A stretch of DNA of 62,146 bases, the filler included. It is 4 parts of 4 records of this genome, joined end to end, with 100 filler letters (N's around TTAATTAATTAA, not from the genome) between each part and the next. Parts side by side here need not be neighbours in the genome. Positions count along the whole stretch, not along the records: positions 11,717 to 26,652 come from SRR31156797_553; positions 26,753 to 56,743 come from SRR31156797_556; 2 more parts are not named here. One strand, 5' to 3'. A program made the translations under genes and the position numbers. The first letter of the stretch is position 1; each line of letters begins with the position of its first letter. The notes under the pieces were generated by a model. That model saw only the letters and a program-made list of their open reading frames with translations, was not told the origin of the DNA and did no database searches. Positions 19,555 through 28,728 of the stretch are shown here, piece by piece.

Positions 19555-21816
19555 ATGATAAAGAATCCGAGACTCACATACTGTTACCATGCGGAATTTA
19601 TAGGCGACAACAATGTACTCCTGTCCAGTGAAAAGGACAATGTACTGCTGACCGAAAGGTCCTGCTGCCTTGTGCTCTCCGCCATAACCGAAAACGATCT
19701 CTCCCTCGACGACCTGCTTGCCCGTCTCGACGGTCAGATGCCCTACACGGAAACGCTGTATGCGGTGGCCAAACTTTCCCAGGGAGGTTACATCACCGAG
19801 GCTGAACCCACCCTTTCTCCCGAGGAACGGGCGTTCTGGAGTGGCCTTGGAATGGACCCAGGAAGGCTGGCGGCGTTACTTACGAACAAAACCGTATCCA
19901 TCGTTTCCACGGATACGGACAGCCCTGCCGAGCTGATCCATGCCCTTTCACAGGCCGGACTCAAGGTTCAGGAGAACGCAGATCTTACGATCGTCATTAC
20001 CGGCGACTACGAAGATCCCATGATCCGGCGGATCAATCTCGATGCCCTTAGGAGCGAGAAACCCTGGATGCTGCTCAAGACAAACGGTATCGAGCCGTGG
20101 CTGGGACCGCTCTTTATCCCGGGCAAAACAGCCTGCTGGGAGTGCCTGGCCAACCGACTGAGCTATAACCGCCAGATCAACACCTTCTTCAAGGCCCACA
20201 CCGGGACCGACCGGAACCTGCGCATCCCTTCCGCCGGAACTCCCCTGTCCCGGCAAACGGCCGCGGGCCTTGCGGTTCAGGAGATCGTCAAATGGCTCTA
20301 TTCCGGTACAAACGACCGGTTGGAAGGAACGATCATCACCCTTTCGAACATGCCCCTTGATATCCAGTCCCACCTTCTGGTCCGGCGCCCCCAGTGTCCG
20401 GCCTGCGGAAAAGAAGACTACAGGATCGCCCCAAGACCGGTTACATTAAAAAAGAACCGGGCCTGTTCCGCCAGCCTTGCAGGCGGTTACCGGGAGGCCT
20501 CCCCGGAGGCAACATTCAAGAAATACCGTCATCATATCAGCACCATCACCGGCGTCGTGCAGAAGCTCACCCCCTACCACGCCATAGCGGACGCCCCCAT
20601 CCACAACTTCTCCTCGGGTCACAACATGGCATTCAGGAGCAAATCCATGCACTGGCTCAACAACCATGTGAGGAGCGGTTGCGGCGGCAAGGGTGCCGGC
20701 AGATCCCAGGCAAAGGCCGGGGCCCTGTGTGAGGCCATAGAACGTTACAGCCTGACCTGGCACGGAGACGAACCCCGCATAAAGAGCAGCCTTACAGACC
20801 TGGGGGAAGAGGGGATACACCCCAATGAGTGCATGAACTTCAGCGAAAAGCAGTATCAGAACCGGGAGGCCCTCAATCTTGAATGCTCCAGGTTTTACGC
20901 ATTGATTCCCGTTCCCTTCGACGAAACAGAAAAGATGCACTGGACACCGGCCTGGTCCATGGGCTTTGGCGAACTCCGCTACCTGCCCTCCTGTTTCTGT
21001 TATGCCCAGTATCCGGTGGAAGATGAACAAAAGGCATACGCATATCCGGACAGCAACGGATGCGCCGCCGGAAACTCTGTTGCGGAGGCTGCCCTGCAGG
21101 GGTTTCTGGAGCTGCTGGAAAGGGACAGCGTGGCCCTGTGGTGGTACAATCGCCTGGAAAAACCTTCGGTGGACCTTACAAGCTTCAATCAACCCTATTT
21201 CCAAACACTTTCAGCATATTACAGATCCATCGAGCGCAGTCTTACGGTCCTTGACCTCACAAGCGACCTGGGCATACCCGCCTTTGGGGCGATCTCACAC
21301 CGGCTGAATAACGAACGCGAGGATATTGTCTTCGGGTTCGGCGCCCATGTGGATGCGACCATCGCAGTTGAGCGAGCCCTGGTGGAACTTAACCAAATCC
21401 TGCCCATCGTGCATCCGCCAAAGGAAAAGGGCGGTTCCGCCCAATATCTTACCGGAGATAAAAACTTTCTCTCCTGGCTCCATTCCGCCACCATGGAAAA
21501 CCAGCCCTACCTCTCGCCGGTAAGGTCGTTGCCCCCTAAAACACTTTCGGACTACAGCAAGCTCTGTGAACCCGGCGTTGAGGAGAGCCTGAACTTCTGC
21601 ATCCTTCGGGCGGCCGAAAAGGGCATGGACACCCTGATTCTCGATATGACAAGGCCGGACGTCGGCCTCAACGTGGTCAAGGTCATGGTTCCGGGGCTCC
21701 GCCATTTCTGGAAACGCCTGGCCCCAGGAAGACTCTACGATGCTCCGGTGGGCTCCGGCCTACTGAATCGCCCCCTTGAAGAGCACGAACTGAACCCGGT
21801 GGGACTGTTTATCTGA
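19555..21816 (+). CDS. Fused leader-binding/E1-like + YcaO cyclodehydratase (TruD/PatD-like heterocyclase)
   Basis: GPLFIPGKTACWECL and RPQCPACG; GKG...ALCEAIERYS; DSNGCAAGN...ELLERD; FGAH; TRPDVGLNVVKVMVPGLRHFW..GRLYD. Confidence 0.93.
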   Translation: MIKNPRLTYCYHAEFIGDNNVLLSSEKDNVLLTERSCCLVLSAITENDLSLDDLLARLDGQMPYTETLYAVAKLSQGGYITEAEPTLSPEERAFWSGLGMDPGRLAALLTNKTVSIVSTDTDSPAELIHALSQAGLKVQENADLTIVITGDYEDPMIRRINLDALRSEKPWMLLKTNGIEPWLGPLFIPGKTACWECLANRLSYNRQINTFFKAHTGTDRNLRIPSAGTPLSRQTAAGLAVQEIVKWLYSGTNDRLEGTIITLSNMPLDIQSHLLVRRPQCPACGKEDYRIAPRPVTLKKNRACSASLAGGYREASPEATFKKYRHHISTITGVVQKLTPYHAIADAPIHNFSSGHNMAFRSKSMHWLNNHVRSGCGGKGAGRSQAKAGALCEAIERYSLTWHGDEPRIKSSLTDLGEEGIHPNECMNFSEKQYQNREALNLECSRFYALIPVPFDETEKMHWTPAWSMGFGELRYLPSCFCYAQYPVEDEQKAYAYPDSNGCAAGNSVAEAALQGFLELLERDSVALWWYNRLEKPSVDLTSFNQPYFQTLSAYYRSIERSLTVLDLTSDLGIPAFGAISHRLNNEREDIVFGFGAHVDATIAVERALVELNQILPIVHPPKEKGGSAQYLTGDKNFLSWLHSATMENQPYLSPVRSLPPKTLSDYSKLCEPGVEESLNFCILRAAEKGMDTLILDMTRPDVGLNVVKVMVPGLRHFWKRLAPGRLYDAPVGSGLLNRPLEEHELNPVGLFI

Positions 21817-21929
21817 TCAGATTGTGAATAGACTCAACCTATTCGCCATCCGAAAAAAAGTCAAGAATTGAAAGAGGCGGACAAAGCACAAATAGTGCCT
21901 AAGCCGCCCCATATTCAGCCCGTTGTGGT

Positions 21930-24900
21930 TTATAACGCAACCTGGTCTTCAACCTCTTCAAACAATCTGCATAATTCCGGATCAAGGTCCCAGGTCTTTT
22001 TCAATTTATCATAAAAATCGTGGAACACCAGGGGGCCGGAACTTTTCGTGATCCACTTGCTCACAAACCGGTTAAAACGATCAAAACCAATGGTTCCGGC
22101 CAATTTGTACAGGGCCATTGTTCCTTTGTTTCCCTCCAGATAATCGATATGATCGGCAAAGATCAGCGGCGGTTCACGGATGGGCTCATTGGTCCGATCC
22201 TTGTGATAGGTCTTGCGCATCTTGACAAAAAGCGCTTCAACCTCCCGGGTGCCCACCCGGCTGTCCACAACCTGCAATGCAAGGGCGCTAGGCAGTGCCG
22301 TCCAGATCATATCCGCCCCCTGAACATCGGCAATAAAGCCGTTTGCCGAAATCCACTGCCGGATCAGATCCCGGGCCAGGACATACTGGATATAGCCCCG
22401 TATTTCGCCCACATTACAGTCTCCATACCACCCCTCTTTTTCCGAAAGGGCAATGGCTTCAGCCATGGCATAGGAATCTTTCTGGTGATATGGAATTTCA
22501 GCCACCCGGAGTTTGGTATAGGGATAGACGCCAAGCTCCTTGTCAATAAATGCAATACCCGCCCCAATGGCCTGTTGAAATTCATTTAGATTGTAGTCAT
22601 GGCCGGGATGATACAGCAGGTTGACCTCAACCCGTCCTAACAGGCTTTTGCGGCTCCGATAGCAGGCCGAACCGATATACGGATGGACCATTTTGGGGGT
22701 ATCCACCTGAAAAAAGGCATAGTTTCTGTCGCCCTCCTGCCACGTCCGGATGAGCCGGCCCGGGGCAAAGGGGTGTTGGGGCGCACTTGTGCTCACGGTC
22801 AGGTTCAACTTTTGTCCGCCGTCGGGCTGCTGCCAGGGAGAGACAAATCCCCGGCGCAACCCATGGGCATCGTCAATGGGGTCAAGACGCGAGACTAATT
22901 TGCTTAAGTGATAGCTTTCCCTGTCCCGGTTGTCCTGGAGGGTTTTATCCTGGTCAAAGCCGGTCAAGTGAAGCGCCTCGGTTAAAAACAGGCCGTTAAA
23001 GGCAAGATCTGCCTGGGGTTCTTCAGCAGTCTGGGGAAATCCCCGGTATTGACGAACTGCCTTAATAAAAAGTTTTGCCTTTTCTCCGGGTTGAATGGGT
23101 TCAGGCAGTTTGTAAACAGACATGCCAAGCTCACGATCTCTTTTGACAGGTTCCAGGGAAGCGTTTTGGATGGTCAAAAGCGAAATATTCGTGTGCGCGT
23201 CCACATTAAGGTAAAGCGTTTCACAAAATTCAGCTGAAAGGTTGGTCAGGGTCACCGTTGCAGCATACTCAGCTTTTCTCTGTTCGGGAAACAGGTCGAT
23301 TTGCACCTCATTAACCTGTCTCACCAACCGGCTGCTGCCTGCTGTCTTTGAATACTTTTTTTCATACAAGACAGATTCGGCATCTGCCTGGTCGGAAGAG
23401 ATGTAGTTTCGCAATCCATTGGATTGGGACACAATAAATCCCTGCAGCACAAAAAACACAAGCAACCCAACAAGGCCGACAGCTTTGACCCCAGGGGTCA
23501 GCTCTCCAGCCAACAGCCGCTTGAGGGTAAATACCCGCTGTCCTGTGCCGCGACGCCAGAACTGAATCCCGGCCAGAATAAACACCACGGCAAGGGCTGT
23601 CCAGGTCAGGAAAAAAAAGAACGAGGACCGATCCCAGATGCCGTAGCCCATCATTTCCGAATAATCGTCCAGTCCCGGAACCAGTGAATAGCCAAAACGC
23701 ACCTGCTCAATCAGTCCGATGTCAAAACTGATAATAATGAACAGGTAATACCCAATGGCAACCACATGGGTCAAGTAGCGGTTATTGAACAGGCCGGCCA
23801 GGAAAAAAACCAGGACAATGTTGAACATATAGGTGATCCATCCAAATTTGTAGCCGAATATATCCCCGATATAAAGTGCCAGGTCCATGTCCCAGAATCC
23901 CTGCAGCGCCTGTGCACAGACCCCGCCTGAAAAAATGGCCAGGGCAAAGACAAAGGCAACGGCGAACATAGCCAAAAGCTTTGGCACCTGTAGGACCCAG
24001 GTGGGTGAAGGCGTGGCCCCTGTAATCTGCCAGAATCCGCTGGTTCGTTCCTTGAAAAAAAGCTCTCCGGCCAGCAGCATGAGAATGATCATGAACAAAA
24101 ACCCGTTGGCCAGTCTGACATTGCACATCCCTGACGTCAGCGGCACCTGATGGCCGACGTAATAGGCGGAATTCCAGAACAGGTTCTGCATAAAAATGAT
24201 AAAGATGAGCAGGCCGAAAATAATTTTAAATGACCCCGGCCTGACCACGGAAAGAAATTCAACTTTTGCCAACCGCAGCACTTTGAACAAATTTTCTTTG
24301 CGGCCGTATTGACACAGGACGTTTGGAATCGACACGCCGTCACTGAATGAACAGGCACAGACGCCATTTTTTTTGATAATTTTTTGCCGAATGCCGCCTG
24401 CCGGAGCCCTAAGGAAATATTGAAAAGAAAATCGCTTGTAACTCAAATAAAGGCTGGCCAGACTCACCAAAACCCAAAACAGGCGATTAACCCAGAACGA
24501 GGCGGTCATTGGGAGAAACCCGCTGTTTTTCAAGGCCACCGGCAGTTCCTGGACCAGCAGCTTGCAGTAGACATAACCAAAGGGGTCCATCACCTCCAGG
24601 AAGAACCGGTAAGGCGAATTCTCGCTCATCACCTCACTGACCACAAACAGTACGGTCAATGCCACCGCCCCGATATAGGCAGCCGATATTTTTCGCACAT
24701 GGACCAGGCAGAAAAAACAGACCGCGGTTAAGACAAAAAGGTTGGGAACGCAAAAAATCAGATAGCCGTGGATCAGTTCCAGCCACTGTGTCGGGCCCAA
24801 CTGGTGGGGCTCCCCCAACCCGGAATACTTGACCAGAACCATGCCCGCAGGATAGGCCGCAACCAGGAACAGGTTGATGGAATAAGCGGTAATGAAATGG

Positions 24901-25220
24901 GTGAGAAAAAAGCGTTTTTCATCCAGGGGACATGCATACACATAATCGGCCGATCCCACGGCGATATCCCGGTACAAAGTCGTGCCGCTGATCATTGCCA
25001 CAATGGCCACAAGCAGCATCCCCCCGCCGGCCATACACTGGTAAAAAACACCTGCACCGTTGAGCAGGGCTTCATCACTGGTGTAATAGTCATAGATGCC
25101 AAGGGTATACCAGACGCCCTGTCCGGCCAGCATTAAGAGAATCAGATAGGTGAGCGGATGCCTGAACCGGTACCTTAACTCAAAAGAAAAGATGTTGGAC
25201 ATTATAAAGGAATTTTTCAT
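21930..25220 (-). CDS. ABC-2 type double permease fused to a degenerate M1 aminopeptidase domain
   Basis: Two multi-TM permease halves (FELRYRFR, GELFFKER), then an M1-like domain (YPYTKLRVAEIP, DVQGA, YLEGNKG) in which HExxH is replaced by RDLIR. Confidence 0.85.
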   Translation of the reverse strand: MKNSFIMSNIFSFELRYRFRHPLTYLILLMLAGQGVWYTLGIYDYYTSDEALLNGAGVFYQCMAGGGMLLVAIVAMISGTTLYRDIAVGSADYVYACPLDEKRFFLTHFITAYSINLFLVAAYPAGMVLVKYSGLGEPHQLGPTQWLELIHGYLIFCVPNLFVLTAVCFFCLVHVRKISAAYIGAVALTVLFVVSEVMSENSPYRFFLEVMDPFGYVYCKLLVQELPVALKNSGFLPMTASFWVNRLFWVLVSLASLYLSYKRFSFQYFLRAPAGGIRQKIIKKNGVCACSFSDGVSIPNVLCQYGRKENLFKVLRLAKVEFLSVVRPGSFKIIFGLLIFIIFMQNLFWNSAYYVGHQVPLTSGMCNVRLANGFLFMIILMLLAGELFFKERTSGFWQITGATPSPTWVLQVPKLLAMFAVAFVFALAIFSGGVCAQALQGFWDMDLALYIGDIFGYKFGWITYMFNIVLVFFLAGLFNNRYLTHVVAIGYYLFIIISFDIGLIEQVRFGYSLVPGLDDYSEMMGYGIWDRSSFFFFLTWTALAVVFILAGIQFWRRGTGQRVFTLKRLLAGELTPGVKAVGLVGLLVFFVLQGFIVSQSNGLRNYISSDQADAESVLYEKKYSKTAGSSRLVRQVNEVQIDLFPEQRKAEYAATVTLTNLSAEFCETLYLNVDAHTNISLLTIQNASLEPVKRDRELGMSVYKLPEPIQPGEKAKLFIKAVRQYRGFPQTAEEPQADLAFNGLFLTEALHLTGFDQDKTLQDNRDRESYHLSKLVSRLDPIDDAHGLRRGFVSPWQQPDGGQKLNLTVSTSAPQHPFAPGRLIRTWQEGDRNYAFFQVDTPKMVHPYIGSACYRSRKSLLGRVEVNLLYHPGHDYNLNEFQQAIGAGIAFIDKELGVYPYTKLRVAEIPYHQKDSYAMAEAIALSEKEGWYGDCNVGEIRGYIQYVLARDLIRQWISANGFIADVQGADMIWTALPSALALQVVDSRVGTREVEALFVKMRKTYHKDRTNEPIREPPLIFADHIDYLEGNKGTMALYKLAGTIGFDRFNRFVSKWITKSSGPLVFHDFYDKLKKTWDLDPELCRLFEEVEDQVAL

Positions 25221-25232
25221 AACAAGCTCCTA

Positions 25233-26126
25233 TCAATTGGCCGGGATTGTTTTCAGGGTATGAAAATAAGTATCCGCCAAACTGGGCGGCTTAGGGACAA
25301 AACCGTTACCGGGGTCTGCCTTGGAACAGATGGTAAGATTGAGAGTACCCAGGTGAAAGTGGCTGGAAAGCACATCGTTGCGCTCACGATACCCCACCAG
25401 TTCATCTTTTTGAATTGCTTTGGTCCACAAAAGACCGTTAAGGCTTTGTTCAAGCTCCCCGGGGGTGCCCACACGAAGAACCCTGCCCTGCCCCAGGATG
25501 GCCATGTGGTTGCAAAGAGTGCTCACGTCCTCCACAATATGGGTGGACAGGATCACCACCGTGTGTTCCCCGATTTCCGACAGCAGGTTGTAAAAGCGGT
25601 TGCGCTCAACCGGGTCCAGGCCGGCAGTGGGTTCATCAACAATAATCAACTTTGGGTTGCCCAAAAGGGCCTGGGCAATGCCGAACCGCTGTTTCATGCC
25701 TCCGGAAAACCCGCCGATCTTTCTTTTGCGTTGATCCCAAAGGTTCACCTTTTGCAGCAGTGCACCCACCTGATCTTTTCGTTCGCCAACATTTACAATC
25801 CCTTTTAAATCCGCAATATGGGAAAGCAGTTCTTCAGCGCTCACCGAAGGGTAGACCCCAAACTCCTGGGGCAGGTACCCCAGTTGTCTTCGAAGCTTTT
25901 CCGGGGCGGAAAGTACATCAATATCATTGAAACGAACCGTTCCGGAATCTGCATCCTGCAAGGTAGCCAAGATGCGCATCAAGGTGGATTTGCCGGCCCC
26001 GTTTTCACCGAGCAGGCCGAACATACCGGTCCCGATGGTAAGGGAGACGTCCTTTAACGCTGCGACTTCGCCTGCATAGGTCTTGTTTAAATTTGTTATT
26101 TCAAGCTGCATATGATGATTCTCCAT
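25233..26126 (-). CDS. ABC transporter ATP-binding protein
   Basis: GENGAGKST, FSGGMKQR, IVDEPTAGLD, STH. Confidence 0.95.
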   Translation of the reverse strand: MENHHMQLEITNLNKTYAGEVAALKDVSLTIGTGMFGLLGENGAGKSTLMRILATLQDADSGTVRFNDIDVLSAPEKLRRQLGYLPQEFGVYPSVSAEELLSHIADLKGIVNVGERKDQVGALLQKVNLWDQRKRKIGGFSGGMKQRFGIAQALLGNPKLIIVDEPTAGLDPVERNRFYNLLSEIGEHTVVILSTHIVEDVSTLCNHMAILGQGRVLRVGTPGELEQSLNGLLWTKAIQKDELVGYRERNDVLSSHFHLGTLNLTICSKADPGNGFVPKPPSLADTYFHTLKTIPAN

Positions 26127-26183
26127 TCTTTAAATTGGTAATAGCGCCACTATAAAAAACGGCATAATGACAAATATTTGACA

Positions 26184-26225
26184 AAAAAACTGTCTTTTTA
26201 CGAACAAAGACTGTCTTTGGATGAA
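26184..26225 (-). promoter_or_regulatory. 21-bp-period direct repeat upstream of the ABC operon (LytTR-type site candidate)
   Basis: ACTGTCTTT at 26189-26197 and 26210-26218; flanks are also similar (..TACGAA / ..GATGAA). Confidence 0.45.
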
Positions 26226-26652
26226 TTTAATTTAGACATGAAAGACATTGATTGATACGAGTTACAGAAAAAAATACGCCCGATTAAAAGAGTCACAAAT
26301 TGATAGCGTCCCTCCCAAGGCAGGACCAAACCTATAAGAAACAAAAACAAATAGGATACCGTTTTAGTCATTTAGAAGGACTATAAAAAATGAAACTATT
26401 CGTTTTAAACACCAAGAGGGCCAGCCCCAATTTTGAAATGATCCCCCCACAATACTCTTGTTTTTAAATTCTATTTTGAAATAAGCTTGGGCGAGAATGA
26501 ATACCATAAGTATATCGTTTTGATTGACTATATTTTATTAGGCAACTTGTTTTTTAAAGCTGGATTGTGTACCGTTAATATCATTCGATTACAGGGCAAG
26601 GAATCAATTCTCCCGGTCTATTAAGCTTGATTTAGGAAAATGATATGAGACG

Positions 26653-26752
26653 NNNNNNNNNNNNNNNNNNNNNNNNNNNNNNNNNNNNNNNNNNNNTTAA
26701 TTAATTAANNNNNNNNNNNNNNNNNNNNNNNNNNNNNNNNNNNNNNNNNNNN
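26653..26752. other. Artificial contig linker
   Basis: Same 100-nt N/TTAATTAATTAA spacer. Confidence 0.97.
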
Positions 26753-26886
26753 ACAACGATGATCGAATCCTTATTGATAAATTCCTGCAACTGTTCAAGC
26801 AAATCCTCAATCATCTCAAGCCTTTTCTGGTAAACCCCAAGAGGTGCCTTTAATAATCGTTTTGAGTGCGCCCTTTTTCTTTGCAT
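26753..26886 (-). CDS. N-terminal fragment of a probable archaeal Toprim-domain protein, cut by the contig end
   Basis: YQKRLEMIEDLLEQLQEFINKDSIIV runs into the linker and resembles the segment preceding the VEG motif; start uncertain. Confidence 0.4.
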
Positions 26887-27287
26887 GAAAATGTCCGTCT
26901 GCTTTTTTTAAAAATACGTATCAATACTTATCCTTCATCAGATTAAAGAGTGACCTTTAGATTCTGACTGTGTTTGATATCAGTATACGAAAATATGAAA
27001 ATACGAAAAATAGTAAGCTAAAAGATTGTAAACGTCAGTTACAAGTAAATGCCCTGCCACAATAAAGCAAATGTTTAGGGATCGGAGGGAACCTTTGTAG
27101 CAGAGCGTGATTATTTTTACTTGTAATAACGAACGAAATCTTCAAATTGCTCATAGTAGTTTGCTCTTTCTACCAGATTACCGAAATATTCATCCATGTA
27201 TTTCACCTCAGATACTAGATTATCACGAGCATATATTAAGCGAAGGCAAGCATGGTGAAAGTATTTTTGACAAACTTCTATTAGAGA

Positions 27288-27623
27288 TTAATCACATTGC
27301 TCCGGCAACTTATCAGACAAGACACTAGCAACAGATGAATATTCCACACCTTCAAGAAGAAGAGATTTCTTTGAATTATGCATCCCATTTACAATTGATA
27401 TGGCAGATGTTTTAATTCCAAAAAGATCGGAAAGACTGGATATGAGCTGTTCGTTAGCCTTACCCTTTTGGGCATTCTGTGACAAACGCACTTCAATTCT
27501 CTTTCTCCACAGATTGTAACCACTCGGGACACAGAGGGACTTGGAACCCGGAGTTACCTCTATATCAATTATAACTCCACCATCAACCTGTTTTAACGCA
27601 TCTTCAAAAGACATGCAGGACAC
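27288..27623 (-). CDS. DUF167 / YggU family protein
   Basis: IEVTPGS, AQKGKANEQL, G..SKKS motifs. Confidence 0.85.
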   Translation of the reverse strand: MSCMSFEDALKQVDGGVIIDIEVTPGSKSLCVPSGYNLWRKRIEVRLSQNAQKGKANEQLISSLSDLFGIKTSAISIVNGMHNSKKSLLLEGVEYSSVASVLSDKLPEQCD

Positions 27624-27669
27624 CAGCCAAAAGACAGTGCTAACTGAGATATTAACACATAAAAAGATA

Positions 27670-27862
27670 ATCAGTAGGATAATGCTGTCGTCTGACGCAC
27701 TAACTCCGGGATATCACTCTATTGGATTCTCCGCTGTCCATCCCAGTTTCCCTCGTGACAGACTTTGTCGCACTATCCAGTGTATCGCATTGAGGTTGTC
27801 TGTACAATCACAGATAGGCTCTGCCATAATCTCATGCAAGGACCTAAAAATGCGCAGCTCCA
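27670..27862 (-). ncRNA. Candidate structured ncRNA (two long hairpins) of unknown family
   Basis: Upstream TATA (TTTATATG on minus, about 27878-27885) and downstream TCTTTTT. Multiple helices whose G-U wobbles work only on the minus strand. Confidence 0.55.
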
Positions 27863-27947
27863 GTATTAGACAGGAGGCATATAAATATGGCGTGTGATTT
27901 AAAATTGCCAGTGTGCAGAAAAAGAGTTGAATACAATATATTTTTAT

Positions 27948-28532
27948 TCAATACACTTCAGAACGCATTTCCTTTTCCTTTCTACGAATAAACTCTTCAA
28001 AATCTTCTTTGTATTTTACAGTGTATGGATGTGACCGAACTCTCTCAATTTTACGCTCAAATAAATAGTACAGTAGTTTGATCAATGGAACAAAAATGAT
28101 TACAGCAAATAACGCAGTGCCATACCTACTCAAAAAGCGATTATCAGAGTATATGTTATGATAACCATAAATAATTGTAGCAACAAAAGCGACTACCAGG
28201 CATAAAACAAAAACAACATGTACAACTTTTATTTTTAGGTCAACATCCCAGCGTACTTTATTTTCAAGTACTTCTTCTTCAATGTTAATTGCAATAAAAT
28301 CGAATCTCAACTTTTGTTTACTTTTCTTATGTACCAAAACAGAAATTTCCGAAAAATTACCCGTATTTTCAATTGGTTCTAACGGATTGTAATCCTCGCA
28401 ATCAATATCATCATCTTCTCCCCTATAAATTTTGATTGTCTTATGACCCATTGTCCAGTAAAAATCACAGATAGCATGAACTAATTTTTCTTTTGGGATT
28501 TTAGTTGTTAGTTCTAAAACTGGTTCATCCAT
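27948..28532 (-). CDS. AT-rich hypothetical membrane protein with two TM helices
   Basis: 194-aa ORF with GGTG RBS and two hydrophobic segments. Confidence 0.6.
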   Translation of the reverse strand: MDEPVLELTTKIPKEKLVHAICDFYWTMGHKTIKIYRGEDDDIDCEDYNPLEPIENTGNFSEISVLVHKKSKQKLRFDFIAINIEEEVLENKVRWDVDLKIKVVHVVFVLCLVVAFVATIIYGYHNIYSDNRFLSRYGTALFAVIIFVPLIKLLYYLFERKIERVRSHPYTVKYKEDFEEFIRRKEKEMRSEVY

Positions 28533-28728
28533 AATACACCTTCAGTGAACACACCATTTTTATCTGGCATAACTATCAGCTTTTAATTTACAACATGCAA
28601 AATAATTTTTATCTTATTTGATACTGTCGTTTTAGTTCTAACCACTAATCAGAACTTCAGATATCGTCCTGGGAACAGCGCCCAACTCACACATTTTTTT
28701 AAACCATTACATCCATAGTATATTGTCC

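Noticed and set aside
21876-21908. GGCGG...GCAC-AAATA-GTGC...CCGCC hairpin between ycaO and the permease gene
   Set aside because: Plausible terminator between convergent genes, but the stem is interrupted and has no clear U-tract; too weak to call
12857-26057. Numerous 60-250 aa antisense or alternate-frame ORFs within the bacterial cluster as additional precursors
   Set aside because: All lie inside long, motif-bearing genes; such shadow ORFs are expected in GC-richer coding DNA
11617-26752. RiPP cluster as a horizontally acquired island in the methanogen
   Set aside because: Both boundaries are artificial linkers, so there is no sequence evidence of physical linkage to the archaeal DNA
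26984-27010. ATACGAAAATATGAAAATACGAAAA short tandem repeat
   Set aside because: Low-complexity AT-rich sequence with no supporting context
27541-27897. 118-aa plus-strand ORF
   Set aside because: Antisense to the DUF167 gene and the candidate ncRNA, TTG start, no recognisable motif
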